Origin: a virus
Taxonomy: Duplodnaviria > Caudoviricetes
Length of the DNA: 64,000 nucleotides
Strand: one strand, 5' to 3'
IMG/VR virus record: IMGVR_UViG_3300017912_002752
In this document: positions 18,402-28,529 of the stretch, piece by piece
How positions within the stretch are numbered: position 1 is the first letter of the stretch
Layout: the number at the start of each line of letters is the position of its first letter
The notes under the pieces: model-generated
Told to the model about the DNA's origin: nothing
Seen by the model: the letters and a program-made list of their open reading frames with translations, nothing else
The model's database searches: none
Translations under genes and position numbers: made by a program

Positions 18402-19306
18402 AATAATGGTATTCTATTTGGATTATCTGTTCCCTCTATTGGTTTTACAAAAGTTTGGTCATCGTGTTCAGGCAATCTACCCCACTTGTTGATAAACTTT
18501 CTTGCGTTATTTGATTCTGATTCTTGTTGTCTTTTTGATTTAGAATTTAATTTATCTTTTGCCTCATCTCTAAAATGAGAACCTCTTGCTGAAAAATGAT
18601 ATACAACTGACTTGGATGACATAACAAATTTATATCCTTCTAATTGCATTCTAATAAATAAATCCATGTCATCGTATGATGCGGGTGCGAATAGTGGGTC
18701 GTTACCACCAATCCAAACATAGTCTTCTTTTTTACAAAAGAATCCTGCACCACCACCTTTTCTTACACGAGTCTCTGGCATATCTGATAATTTTTGTGAC
18801 CAATCATCAAACCACTCTTTATCAAAGTTATGATGGAATTCTCCAAACTCATCAGTTGATACAAATACAGTACCAGGTCGGTAATCAGGGTCATTAGGAA
18901 ATATTTTAGGTTGGATTCTAAATGAAGATGCGATTATTCTGTCAATACCATCACCCTCTTCGACAATCTTTTGTAACTCTATATCTTGATTTGGTGCAAT
19001 CCACATATCAGAATGAATTATGTTTACATACTCGGTTTCTGATTTGTCAACACAAAAGTCCATACCACCACCAATTCCTCTTGGTATATCGTTATGTTCT
19101 ATAAAACCTTTTAGATTCTTGTCCTCTTGCATTTGGTTAAGTAACCACTCGTCTGTACCATCGGTACAATTCTCTGCGTGAATCACAATCGGTTGGTCTT
19201 TGTAATATGCATTCTTTCTTACTGATTCGTAAGCAAGTTTTACATAATCAAGATTATTATTTGTCGATATACAAGTTGTTATTGGACTTTCCATACATCT
19301 TTCCAT
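18398..19306 (-). CDS. glycosyltransferase family 2
   Basis: ENCTDGT, HSDM, DDMD, VYHFSARGS; paralog of 15516..16703. Confidence 0.85.
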   Translation of the reverse strand: MERCMESPITTCISTNNNLDYVKLAYESVRKNAYYKDQPIVIHAENCTDGTDEWLLNQMQEDKNLKGFIEHNDIPRGIGGGMDFCVDKSETEYVNIIHSDMWIAPNQDIELQKIVEEGDGIDRIIASSFRIQPKIFPNDPDYRPGTVFVSTDEFGEFHHNFDKEWFDDWSQKLSDMPETRVRKGGGAGFFCKKEDYVWIGGNDPLFAPASYDDMDLFIRMQLEGYKFVMSSKSVVYHFSARGSHFRDEAKDKLNSKSKRQQESESNNARKFINKWGRLPEHDDQTFVKPIEGTDNPNRIPLL

Positions 19307-20229
19307 TTATATGTTTTCGTTTGTTTCATAAAGTTGTAAGCATTGTATTTAGAATACTCACTTGCTTTAGGATACCAATCGGTTGACTTTCTTTGTTCAT
19401 TTATATCTTTTCCATCCTCACCAACAACATATTTTCTTTTTCTTGGATGTTCTCTATTATGTACTAATAAAATATTCTTTACAATATACAAAGGAATTTG
19501 GTTATTTCCAAATATTGTTAACATTTTATTCATAAAAGCAGTATCTTCGTGAGTGAAGAATACTGATTTAGGTATGTTTACACCACTTCTAATGATTTCA
19601 GATGAGATTACTAAACCACATCCGTTAAATTTGTAGTTGTATGTAGATTCTATATGTGGTGATTCAACATCTGAATTTATCTCTTCCATTTTATCATAAT
19701 CCATATAACATCTTGTTCCATACCATGCGTGTGCGTCTCTTGGTAAATCAGTTAGTTTTGGATGTTCTAATGGTTTCCATGAATCATCCCACATTTTACA
19801 AGTTGAAAAAAATCCAACCCACTTTGGTGTTTGGTCTTTAACTGCTTCATGTAATGATAATATTGTTTCCATCGCTTGTGATGGTACTAACATATCAGAT
19901 TCACCCCAAAACAATACATCTACAAGTTCACAATACTTTTCGTTAAAATCTCTTCTATAATCTGCGATAGTATATAACTCATCTTTTGTTGAGTATGTGA
20001 TATCGTAACCTTTAAGTTTATATTGATTACAAACTCTGACATACTTTTCCATAATGTATGTCAACATATCGACTTCTTCAGAAATCTTTTCTAAGTCTTG
20101 ATTTGTGACTAAACACATATCAATCTTGACCTTATCTTTTTGATTACCAATTGATTTAATTAAAGAATCTAAATATTCCTCAAACATATCAATCTCATAC
20201 CATTGTACTAAACAACCTGCCGCTATCAT
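19279..20229 (-). CDS. GT-A fold glycosyltransferase-like protein
   Basis: WGESD, HEDT, LLVHNR; cluster context. Confidence 0.55.
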   Translation of the reverse strand: MIAAGCLVQWYEIDMFEEYLDSLIKSIGNQKDKVKIDMCLVTNQDLEKISEEVDMLTYIMEKYVRVCNQYKLKGYDITYSTKDELYTIADYRRDFNEKYCELVDVLFWGESDMLVPSQAMETILSLHEAVKDQTPKWVGFFSTCKMWDDSWKPLEHPKLTDLPRDAHAWYGTRCYMDYDKMEEINSDVESPHIESTYNYKFNGCGLVISSEIIRSGVNIPKSVFFTHEDTAFMNKMLTIFGNNQIPLYIVKNILLVHNREHPRKRKYVVGEDGKDINEQRKSTDWYPKASEYSKYNAYNFMKQTKTYKWKDVWKVQ

Positions 20230-21047
20230 AGTTCTATTCTTGGGATACCTTCATAACCAGGATTGGTATCTGAGACCATTTCCCATTCTACACCTTGTTC
20301 TTTTAACCAATAGTAAATACCTTTAGTTGCTTTTGCAACTGATTTTATTTCTCTTGGCCCCATTGATGTTTTTGCATATACAATCTTTTCGTGTTCGTCA
20401 CCATAGAAGTGTTCTTGAAACACTCTTTGTGTATCATCTTCTGTTCCATTTTCAAATGATGATAAATCACCAATATCCCAACCAACCGTAACAATCTTTT
20501 TACATCCTAAGTAAAGTGCTAATGGTAATGCCATTTCGTACATGATACCAGGTCCCCAAGGTTGATTGAATCCATATTCGGGGTGGTCTAACTTCATAGC
20601 GTCCCAATCCTCTCGTTCTGATAATGAGTGAATCATTTTGTTAGGACCAACTCCACCGCCTGTATTTGGATTATTTCTAAATATAGGAATGAATAAATCT
20701 GATTCTAAATTATTCTCGAAAATCATTTGAGGATGGAATTGTTCAAAGATTGCCCATGTTATGATTGATTTGTTGTCTGACCAATCGTATGGTGCGAAGT
20801 TACAAAAGTTTAGTAAGTGAAAGTCAGTAACATCTTTTACTAAATTATATGATTGTTTGATTGGCATACATAACTTGTCTGCCATAAACTCATTAAGGAA
20901 TTGTTTATCATACTTTTTAAGTGAAGGACCGCCTGCAATTATATATGCAGTTTCATCTTTGTACTGATTCTTTAGTACCTTTAATCTATCTTCAGGTTCT
21001 TCTAATTGTAAAAGCTCTTTTCGTAACTTACTTGTTTGTAATTTCAT
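20226..21047 (-). CDS. DUF115/Maf-like (sialyltransferase-fold) protein
   Basis: AYIIAGGPSL and ALYLGCKKIVTVGWD. Confidence 0.7.
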   Translation of the reverse strand: MKLQTSKLRKELLQLEEPEDRLKVLKNQYKDETAYIIAGGPSLKKYDKQFLNEFMADKLCMPIKQSYNLVKDVTDFHLLNFCNFAPYDWSDNKSIITWAIFEQFHPQMIFENNLESDLFIPIFRNNPNTGGGVGPNKMIHSLSEREDWDAMKLDHPEYGFNQPWGPGIMYEMALPLALYLGCKKIVTVGWDIGDLSSFENGTEDDTQRVFQEHFYGDEHEKIVYAKTSMGPREIKSVAKATKGIYYWLKEQGVEWEMVSDTNPGYEGIPRIEL

Positions 21048-21429
21048 TGAATTGTTTCAAAGTTTGTTCCCATGATTCAAACCTAATACCTCTATCATCT
21101 ATGTAACAGATTGCTCTTGGTTTTTCACAAGTTATTTCTTTTATATAAGTATCAATCTCATATTTAGTTAACCACTCCCAAATCAACTCTTCACCTGTTT
21201 TACCATTTACAAGTGGTCTATCGGGTTTTACTTTTGCGGTAAATAAAACTATATCGTACCCTTGAGACTTAAACCACTTGATTGCGTCTAAAGAACCCTC
21301 AATAGGTGGGTCATATACAGTTCCATCATGGAATCCTTTTGAATTACCATGGACAACACCATCAAAGTCTATCGCAACTTGATAGTTGTTTTCGTGGTGT
21401 TGCATTTTGTCATATTCATCAATATTCAT
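21028..21429 (-). CDS. HAD-superfamily phosphatase
   Basis: IDFDGVVH, LFTAK, KPRAICYIDDR. Confidence 0.8.
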   Translation of the reverse strand: MNIDEYDKMQHHENNYQVAIDFDGVVHGNSKGFHDGTVYDPPIEGSLDAIKWFKSQGYDIVLFTAKVKPDRPLVNGKTGEELIWEWLTKYEIDTYIKEITCEKPRAICYIDDRGIRFESWEQTLKQFNEITNK

Positions 21430-22116
21430 TTATTTGTTTCTTTTTCTAAATACATCACCATTTCTATATGAATAAGAACCATAGATAAACTTTCTTGGTG
21501 ATTTTGTATTAAATTGTTTAGATACTGAATGATATGAATCAGGCGTTGATAGGAAAAATATTCCTTTGTTTTTCTTTGCCTCAACTGTTTGGTGTACAGG
21601 TAATGCGTTTTCGTTCCATAACCTTTGGTCTAACCTTGTCATACTATCAGATGAATGTATTACAAAGTCACCACCTTCCCAATCTTTATCATTAAAGAAT
21701 ATCAAGAAGTTCCAAATTCTCTTGTCAGTATCTCTATGTATTTCTCTTACATATCCATCTGTCGCTGACGACCAATCTATGTGTAAAAAACAATTGGTTT
21801 TAAGTGAACTATCTTTAGATATTACACTATTCCATTTTTTTAAATCGTCATTATAATAGTCTACAAAACTATGAAATACAGAATCGTCATTCAGATAGTT
21901 ATAAAACTTTTTCCAAGTTGGTGCAGTTTCTAACCATTCATTGAACTTAGGACTTCCTGAGTTCATTTTTTTTCTACCACCCATTACTGTTCCTTCTGAA
22001 GATACATCAGGGAACTCTTGTATAAGATTCTCAAGTGTTTCTTCATCAAAACAATTTTCTACTTCTATAATAGGAAACGGGTAGTCCGTTGAATTTCCTT
22101 CACTAAAATTTATCAT
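21430..22116 (-). CDS. 2OG-Fe(II) oxygenase
   Basis: YPFP, EIHRD, GGDF, SYHSV, RKFIY. Confidence 0.8.
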   Translation of the reverse strand: MINFSEGNSTDYPFPIIEVENCFDEETLENLIQEFPDVSSEGTVMGGRKKMNSGSPKFNEWLETAPTWKKFYNYLNDDSVFHSFVDYYNDDLKKWNSVISKDSSLKTNCFLHIDWSSATDGYVREIHRDTDKRIWNFLIFFNDKDWEGGDFVIHSSDSMTRLDQRLWNENALPVHQTVEAKKNKGIFFLSTPDSYHSVSKQFNTKSPRKFIYGSYSYRNGDVFRKRNK

Positions 22117-22126
22117 ATCTTTCTTT

Positions 22127-22819
22127 CTATTTTATGTTTTCGTACTCTAATATCTTGACATTCAGTCCTTTAAGTACTTCCATTTCTTTATTATAATTAT
22201 GCACCCTACGACCTTCCCTATCAAGTCTTGATGTAGGGTCTTCTAAATCATAGTAATGATATCTTCCTTTTTTATTTGGAATATTTTCAGTATAAAATGT
22301 ATTACCAAAACTCCAAACCTCATCGTATTTATCACAGGCAATCTTGACTAATTGTAATCCTATACAATTTGAGTCAGTACCAAATACATTCGTTACTTTT
22401 GTCATATCAATATTTTGAAGAAGTCTTAAGTATCCTAATTTTGCATTTGTTTCAACTTTGAACTTATCAAATATATCGTGACCCAATTTTTCTAATTCTC
22501 GTAATTCTTTATTCACTTTTTCTTTTGTCCAAGGTGTATGCCATATTGGTCCTGGAGGTCCTGCCGTTCTAATCCAATACTCATTAACATCATGAACACC
22601 ACTATCTAATTTATGTGTTTCTAATTGACCTGATACTGCGTCTATAAACTCAGGCGAATGTCTGAATGACCACACATCAGTTTTTGTTCCAACATATTTT
22701 TCAAATCCCTCAATCCGATACCAGTTACATCTGATAACAACATCAAAGTATTCGTCTATGAATTTACCATATTCATATTCAAGAACCGAAGGTGAATTAC
22801 CAATTACGATTGCTTTCAT
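22127..22819 (-). CDS. GT29 sialyltransferase-like protein
   Basis: Sialylmotif-L-like AIVIGNSPS...GKFIDEYFDVVIRCN...VGTKT; HYY and HxxxxE (HNYNKE) motifs. Confidence 0.75.
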   Translation of the reverse strand: MKAIVIGNSPSVLEYEYGKFIDEYFDVVIRCNWYRIEGFEKYVGTKTDVWSFRHSPEFIDAVSGQLETHKLDSGVHDVNEYWIRTAGPPGPIWHTPWTKEKVNKELRELEKLGHDIFDKFKVETNAKLGYLRLLQNIDMTKVTNVFGTDSNCIGLQLVKIACDKYDEVWSFGNTFYTENIPNKKGRYHYYDLEDPTSRLDREGRRVHNYNKEMEVLKGLNVKILEYENIK

Positions 22820-23211
22820 TAATCGTATTTTTGATATATTTTTTCTTCAAAAAATTCTGAGTTTAACAAGTGATTAATTTCTTTCTTTTCAGCTGCTCTT
22901 CTATCATTTGTATAATAAACTGCTCTTGCCAACTCAATAAACTCTTCGTCAAATTTATCATCTTTTTCTTTTAATCTAACTGAATCTTCGATGACCCACA
23001 TTTGACCATTAGTCTTTTTAAGTCTATCATAGATTTCTTTTAGTTCTTCACCACCTGCGTTCCAAAATGGTTGTAACTTATCTTGTAAGTAATTAAGTTC
23101 ATTTTGTATATTTTGTTTTTGAACTTCATCTTTTACATTTTCAAGTTTTATTTCAAGGATTGATAACTTATCGAATGCGTCACCAATCGGTGTTTTAATT
23201 TCTATCGCCAT
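22819..23211 (-). CDS. DUF6165-like protein
   Basis: DKLSILEIK...ARAVYYTNDRR...EEKIY. Confidence 0.7.
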   Translation of the reverse strand: MAIEIKTPIGDAFDKLSILEIKLENVKDEVQKQNIQNELNYLQDKLQPFWNAGGEELKEIYDRLKKTNGQMWVIEDSVRLKEKDDKFDEEFIELARAVYYTNDRRAAEKKEINHLLNSEFFEEKIYQKYD

Positions 23212-24130
23212 ATTTTAACATTTTATTTATTCCGTCTTCTAAACATACAAAATCTTCATAACCTATGCAACTTTTTAACTTAGAAAGTGATGGTTTTCTC
23301 CATTTTGTATCATTAGACCACGCTGGTTTATACTCTACTTTAAATTCTTTATCCATTATTTGATGTATAACCATCGCCAAATCATGAATAGTAATCTCTT
23401 CATCAAATCCAACATTTACTATTTCGTCAGATGTATGTCTAATTAACTCAGTAACGATATTAGCATGGTCTGTAACATAACAAAAAGACCTTGTTTGATT
23501 TCCATCACCATACAAGTAAAAGTCCTCATCTGATTTGATTCTTTCAATAAACTCAGGAATCACCTGACCATATCCACCTGTTGCCATTCTTGGACCATAA
23601 GTGTTGAAAGGTCTAACTATCAAATATTCTTTTCTTTTTTCATCTGCCCACAATCTTACTAAGAACTCACCCATACCTTTTGAAGATGCATAAGAATCTC
23701 TATTTGCAGATGGGTGTAGAATCATAGGTTCTGTTTCTTTGGTTGGAACAATTGGCGCTGGTCCATAAATCTCAGATGAAGATGCGTATACTACTTTTAT
23801 TACTGAAGGTGTACATGCGTTCAATACATTCTGAGTCATTAAGATATTATGATTACAGACTTTAAATGGAATATCATAAAAATATCTTGTTCCATTTATT
23901 GCTGCGTAGTGAACAACTATGTCGAACTGATGTTCTAACATAAATTCTTTTATTGGTTCACTATAAACTAAGTCTAGCTCTTTGAATGTAAAATTTTCAT
24001 GAGTTGGTAAATTACTTACCTTTCCTCTAAAAAAGTTATCTACTCCAACAACTTTGTGACCATCATCTAATAATGAATCACAAAGATGTGAACCCAAAAA
24101 TCCTGCTGCACCTGTAACTAATATCTTCAT
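23195..24130 (-). CDS. UDP-glucuronate decarboxylase-like SDR
   Basis: GAAGFLGSHLCD, SSEIYG, YASSK, FNTYGPRM, GDGNQTRSFCYV. Confidence 0.8.
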   Translation of the reverse strand: MKILVTGAAGFLGSHLCDSLLDDGHKVVGVDNFFRGKVSNLPTHENFTFKELDLVYSEPIKEFMLEHQFDIVVHYAAINGTRYFYDIPFKVCNHNILMTQNVLNACTPSVIKVVYASSSEIYGPAPIVPTKETEPMILHPSANRDSYASSKGMGEFLVRLWADEKRKEYLIVRPFNTYGPRMATGGYGQVIPEFIERIKSDEDFYLYGDGNQTRSFCYVTDHANIVTELIRHTSDEIVNVGFDEEITIHDLAMVIHQIMDKEFKVEYKPAWSNDTKWRKPSLSKLKSCIGYEDFVCLEDGINKMLKYGDRN

Positions 24131-24933
24131 TAAATATCGTATCTCATTCCTGGTGGTACTTTTTTCACGAACTTATCATTTTCTTCATCAATAAATCTGA
24201 AAATATCCACATCAATTTTATATTTGTCACATAATACTTTCATAGCTTTAGTATCTTTAGGAAGACACATTCCACCATAACCACCAAAGTCTTTATTTAC
24301 ATTTAAGTAGTGACCTTCACCAACTCCGTGAAATAAAAATGCGTCCTTGATTGCATCATAGTTTGCACCAAAGTGTTTAGCTACTTTGTAAAAAGAGTTT
24401 GCAAATGTGATTCTCATTGCCTTGTAGGTATTAGAGAAGTACTTCATCAACTCTGCGTCAATTATTTTTACTTTTACCTTGTGCATTGGTAATCTACCAT
24501 GACTCTTTACAATCAAATCATAGTTTTCATCACTATCAGTACCAACAACTAAAATGTTATTATTGTATACAAAGTCTTCGTATGCACATCTTTCTCTTAA
24601 GAACTCAGGTACAAAACACATATTCAGATTTGGATATTCTCTTCTTAATCTATTTGTTGTACCAGGTTCTATTGTACTTTTTAATGCTACAAGACCCTTG
24701 TAATTAAAACTACTAAGTTGATTTATTACACTATTAACCGCAGTTAAATCACATTCATCATTTGGACCTGTTGGAGTTCCAACTGTAATAAAAACTATTT
24801 CTGTATCTAAAGTGTCTTCAATCTTAGTTTCTGGCATCTTGATATCATAACCAACGACATCATGTCCCAAGTATTCAAATCCTTTAGATATTGCAGAGCC
24901 GACTGCTCCGATTCCGATTACTCCTAATTTCAT
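24130..24933 (-). CDS. ugd: UDP-glucose/GDP-mannose 6-dehydrogenase (short form)
   Basis: GIGAVG, KSTIEPGTT, PEFLRE, GYGGMCLPKD; lacks the C-terminal domain. Confidence 0.85.
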   Translation of the reverse strand: MKLGVIGIGAVGSAISKGFEYLGHDVVGYDIKMPETKIEDTLDTEIVFITVGTPTGPNDECDLTAVNSVINQLSSFNYKGLVALKSTIEPGTTNRLRREYPNLNMCFVPEFLRERCAYEDFVYNNNILVVGTDSDENYDLIVKSHGRLPMHKVKVKIIDAELMKYFSNTYKAMRITFANSFYKVAKHFGANYDAIKDAFLFHGVGEGHYLNVNKDFGGYGGMCLPKDTKAMKVLCDKYKIDVDIFRFIDEENDKFVKKVPPGMRYDI

Positions 24934-25607
24934 TTTTTCCATATATAATTCCAATTGTTTTTATGCCATTTTCCGGCTTTTATATTCTCTATGATTTCAT
25001 AGTGTTCCATCCGTGGGTCAAAGTAATGTGGTTTACAATACAAGTGACCATACAGAGGTACTGACCCATCTGTTACTGAGTCTGCAAGATTCATGAAACT
25101 TCCCTCGTAAACATGAATTTCTTTTGCTTTTTGCATTATTGTTGTGTAGTCTAATATATGCCCATGCCTTCCATCAACATTGATTACAGGTAAATCTTTA
25201 TTTTCAAAGTGACTTCTGTCAATAGGATACATATGTCTACTTGAATTGTCTGATTGTCTTTCATGGATTATGATATAATCTTTTCCATGTTTGTCGACTA
25301 TTTCATTATACAACTTATTTTCTTCGTTTAAATCTCTGTTCCAAGTTAAATTTCGCCAAGAACTTGTATGTTCTACACTATCTTTGAATACAATTCTTTT
25401 TGACCTTTCTCTTGTATAAATTGGTGACTTTTTACCTAAAACTATATTATCAACATCATTATATAATTTTACATTTAACCAATTTAAGGCAGGAACATCT
25501 AAATAGACCATATCATATTCTTTACAATAGTGCTCCTTTATAACTGATGAGAACATTAACCCATCACCTACTCCACGCTTATGCCAAATATCAGCTATCT
25601 TTTTCAT
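24930..25607 (-). CDS. putative glycosyltransferase
   Basis: RGVGDGL start, AKEIHVYEGSF; cluster context. Confidence 0.5.
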   Translation of the reverse strand: MKKIADIWHKRGVGDGLMFSSVIKEHYCKEYDMVYLDVPALNWLNVKLYNDVDNIVLGKKSPIYTRERSKRIVFKDSVEHTSSWRNLTWNRDLNEENKLYNEIVDKHGKDYIIIHERQSDNSSRHMYPIDRSHFENKDLPVINVDGRHGHILDYTTIMQKAKEIHVYEGSFMNLADSVTDGSVPLYGHLYCKPHYFDPRMEHYEIIENIKAGKWHKNNWNYIWKK

Positions 25608-27328
25608 TAACTTAACATCTTTTCAACTATTTCGATATCTTCAGGATAATCAACTGCGTGTGATACATTCTCTACCATCACCATCTTTACTTTATATCCC
25701 ATTTCTATAAATCTATCAATCTCGATATCTTCTTGAGATTCAAGTGGTGTCTTTTTACCATATTCCCAAAATGATTTTAAATGCTCCCTATTGAATCCAT
25801 AGATACAAACTTGTTTTAGTGGATTACTGGTCGAACCCTGTTTTGTACCTGGGAGTGGACTTCTTGAACACCAAATCAACTCATCATTTAGATTTGTGAT
25901 TACTTTTGGTATCTTTGTATCTTCCACTCTTTCGTGAGGATTAAGTTTCGCCATACAATTTACAATGTGGTCAGGATTATTTATCTTTGCCTCAATCACT
26001 TTTTGGATATCTTCTGGCGATAACATTGGTTCATCACCTTGTACATTGATAATAAAGTCTGCGTCAATCTCTAATGCCGCCTCTGCAACTCTATCTGTTC
26101 CTGTTGGACAATCGTCTGAAGTTAGAATTACTTTCCAACCATGTTCTTTTACAACATCAACGATTTCTTGATTCTCAGTTGCGATGTAAACATTCTCTTG
26201 TCCTACCGCCCACTTCGCAGTTTCAGCTACCCAAAGAATCATCTCTTTTCCATGAATCTTGGCAAGAGGTTTGCCAGGGAATCTTGATGATTTGTATCTT
26301 GCGGGGATAACTACTGCCACTTTAGGTTCTAATACTCCATCAAGTTTCTTCTCGTCAAAACTTACTGATTCAGGAATGTCAAGTAATACATCTTCTATTC
26401 TATTAGGATGTAAAAAAGATTGTTGTAAGTTCTGAGGATACAATGGATGAATATGTTTCAACCCACTAACCATATAATTGTGTGTGAATCCCCACTTATG
26501 TTCTTCCATTAAAGGAATCATCCAATCAGAAATAACTTTTTGTAAAGGTTTACAATTATACTCAGTTTTATCATGTGAAAGAAATTTCATCTTGTCTTTC
26601 GCATATTGATGATAAGTCACAAGTTGTTCGGTTTTTACATTTCCAACTCCCCTACCCATTCCAAGTAAAGTACCATCCAACCAAAGTGCTCCTTCGGATT
26701 CTGCGGCAATACAATTAGCGAATGCAAGACCAAGGTTGTCGTGTGTATGAACCCCAATCTTTGAATCACCTTCAAATAGTTTAACAACTTGTTTTGTTCT
26801 ATCAGGCGTCAATGCACCATACGAATCAGCAAAGTATAAAACAAGAGGGTCTAATCCACTCATTACTTTTACAAAGTCATATATTTGAGTATCAGTCAAT
26901 AAAGTTATACCCATCAGATTTACTATCAAATCATATCCTTTTGCTTTGACATAATCACCAATCTTGACAGAATGGTCTAACTCCGAATACTTTATTGCCA
27001 GACGACAGATGTCAAATGGTGAATCTTCACTATCATGGATAACATCATCAATCAATGAATAATCTACTTCATCATCTTTGATGAAGTCTTTTGCGTCAAT
27101 CATAAACGCAAGTTTCAAGTTTACTGGTTTTCTATAATCTAATACATCCCAAATAAACCTATCGTTACACTTACGATACTTACCACCCTTGACAGGCGAC
27201 TTGTATCCCATTTCCATCACTCCAACTCCTGAAAGGTCAAGGGCTTGTACTAAGTCTTTGACCATCTGAGTGTCAAAGTTCCAATTGGTGTAGTAACCAC
27301 CATCTCTTAATGTACAATCTAATATCAT
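25607..27328 (-). CDS. DRE-TIM aldolase fused to KdsB-like CMP-ulosonate synthetase
   Basis: N-term LDCTLRDGG, ADSYG, HTHDNLGLA, GMGRGVGN; C-term IPARYKSSRFPGKPL, GTDRV, NVQGDEP, VDYPED. Confidence 0.88.
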   Translation of the reverse strand: MILDCTLRDGGYYTNWNFDTQMVKDLVQALDLSGVGVMEMGYKSPVKGGKYRKCNDRFIWDVLDYRKPVNLKLAFMIDAKDFIKDDEVDYSLIDDVIHDSEDSPFDICRLAIKYSELDHSVKIGDYVKAKGYDLIVNLMGITLLTDTQIYDFVKVMSGLDPLVLYFADSYGALTPDRTKQVVKLFEGDSKIGVHTHDNLGLAFANCIAAESEGALWLDGTLLGMGRGVGNVKTEQLVTYHQYAKDKMKFLSHDKTEYNCKPLQKVISDWMIPLMEEHKWGFTHNYMVSGLKHIHPLYPQNLQQSFLHPNRIEDVLLDIPESVSFDEKKLDGVLEPKVAVVIPARYKSSRFPGKPLAKIHGKEMILWVAETAKWAVGQENVYIATENQEIVDVVKEHGWKVILTSDDCPTGTDRVAEAALEIDADFIINVQGDEPMLSPEDIQKVIEAKINNPDHIVNCMAKLNPHERVEDTKIPKVITNLNDELIWCSRSPLPGTKQGSTSNPLKQVCIYGFNREHLKSFWEYGKKTPLESQEDIEIDRFIEMGYKVKMVMVENVSHAVDYPEDIEIVEKMLS

Positions 27329-27380
27329 AGGAAATTGTTAAATTTTCTTTTTGACACACGAATCGTTCCCAAAATGGGAG

Positions 27381-28004
27381 TTACACGAGGGTGTCATAAT
27401 AATCGTTTTGTTTTATTTGTTTTTCAATATCTTTGTGGTGGAACAATGCTAGTTCCTCTACCCAAGGTAAATTTGAAATAGTATCAAACCCATCGAGTTT
27501 CTCGTGTACCTTATTTATCCAACGAATGGATTCGGATTTCTTATAAACTCTCCATTGTGGGTCTGGCCAATTCACTCTACCTTTATCATCAACATTCCAT
27601 TTCCATTTTTGAATGTACTCGTCTGTTAACCCATCTACCAAATTTACTCTCGGTACAAGGATTACATCTACTGAATTCATCTCAAGAATTTGTGGAAGGT
27701 TTTGAATTAGTTCTTCGTTTGGAATCTCATCTGCATCAATCTGAAATATGTAATCACCATTACACAAATCAGTCAACTTGTTTTTCCAATTTGCAAAATG
27801 CCCATCAAACTCACCACTATGCCATGAGTAACTTGGGTTTACTGATTTTGCTCTTAAATATTCCTCTACTTTTTTATCACCATTTTTAGAATCGTATAGT
27901 ATTACTATCTCATCTTCTGGTCTGATGTTATCTAAAAGATATGGAATTAGTTTTTGAATTTCTGTAAATTCATTACAAACTGTAACTGCGTAACTTATTT
28001 TCAT
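27381..28004 (-). CDS. glycosyltransferase family 2
   Basis: VCNE, FANWKN, IDADE, KVHE. Confidence 0.85.
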   Translation of the reverse strand: MKISYAVTVCNEFTEIQKLIPYLLDNIRPEDEIVILYDSKNGDKKVEEYLRAKSVNPSYSWHSGEFDGHFANWKNKLTDLCNGDYIFQIDADEIPNEELIQNLPQILEMNSVDVILVPRVNLVDGLTDEYIQKWKWNVDDKGRVNWPDPQWRVYKKSESIRWINKVHEKLDGFDTISNLPWVEELALFHHKDIEKQIKQNDYYDTLV

Positions 28005-28013
28005 AATTTAATT

Positions 28014-28529
28014 TTATAATCCTACGGGTGGAGTATCTTGTGTTGTTTCCAAATCCGTATCATCTTTCCTTACTTGTTCTTCTTGCCTTCTCTTAGACCT
28101 CGGTGATATTTTATCGTAAACACCGAAATCATAATTATACACCGTAACTTGACCTACATTCTTTTCTACTAAAGTTCTGTATCCGTTTTGTAGGTCTTTG
28201 TTTTTTAACTTTGATGTATAAAATTGTTTAGAGTTAACTTCTACTCTTAATTTACTTAAATCTAATTTTCTAATCTTAGGAGTATTACTTGTTACCTCAT
28301 CTAAATCTTCTGCAAGTTTAATAAACTTATCTGGTGCACAATCTTTCAAGTCTAAACAATGAAAGTAATTTTTAAAATTAGGTTGTAGAATAAAGACAAA
28401 CATATCTCTCTGAGTATTGTCTCTTTTCTTATATCTAATCTTAGCAACCATACCTCTCTCTAATTTAGAATTAGAGACTCTTGTAGGGTCTGTCATATTA
28501 CTTCTATGTCTACTTGTATAATCAGGCAT
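28014..28529 (-). CDS. hypothetical protein
   Basis: ORF in operon; faint resemblance to T4 gp2-type proteins, unconfirmed. Confidence 0.6.
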   Translation of the reverse strand: MPDYTSRHRSNMTDPTRVSNSKLERGMVAKIRYKKRDNTQRDMFVFILQPNFKNYFHCLDLKDCAPDKFIKLAEDLDEVTSNTPKIRKLDLSKLRVEVNSKQFYTSKLKNKDLQNGYRTLVEKNVGQVTVYNYDFGVYDKISPRSKRRQEEQVRKDDTDLETTQDTPPVGL

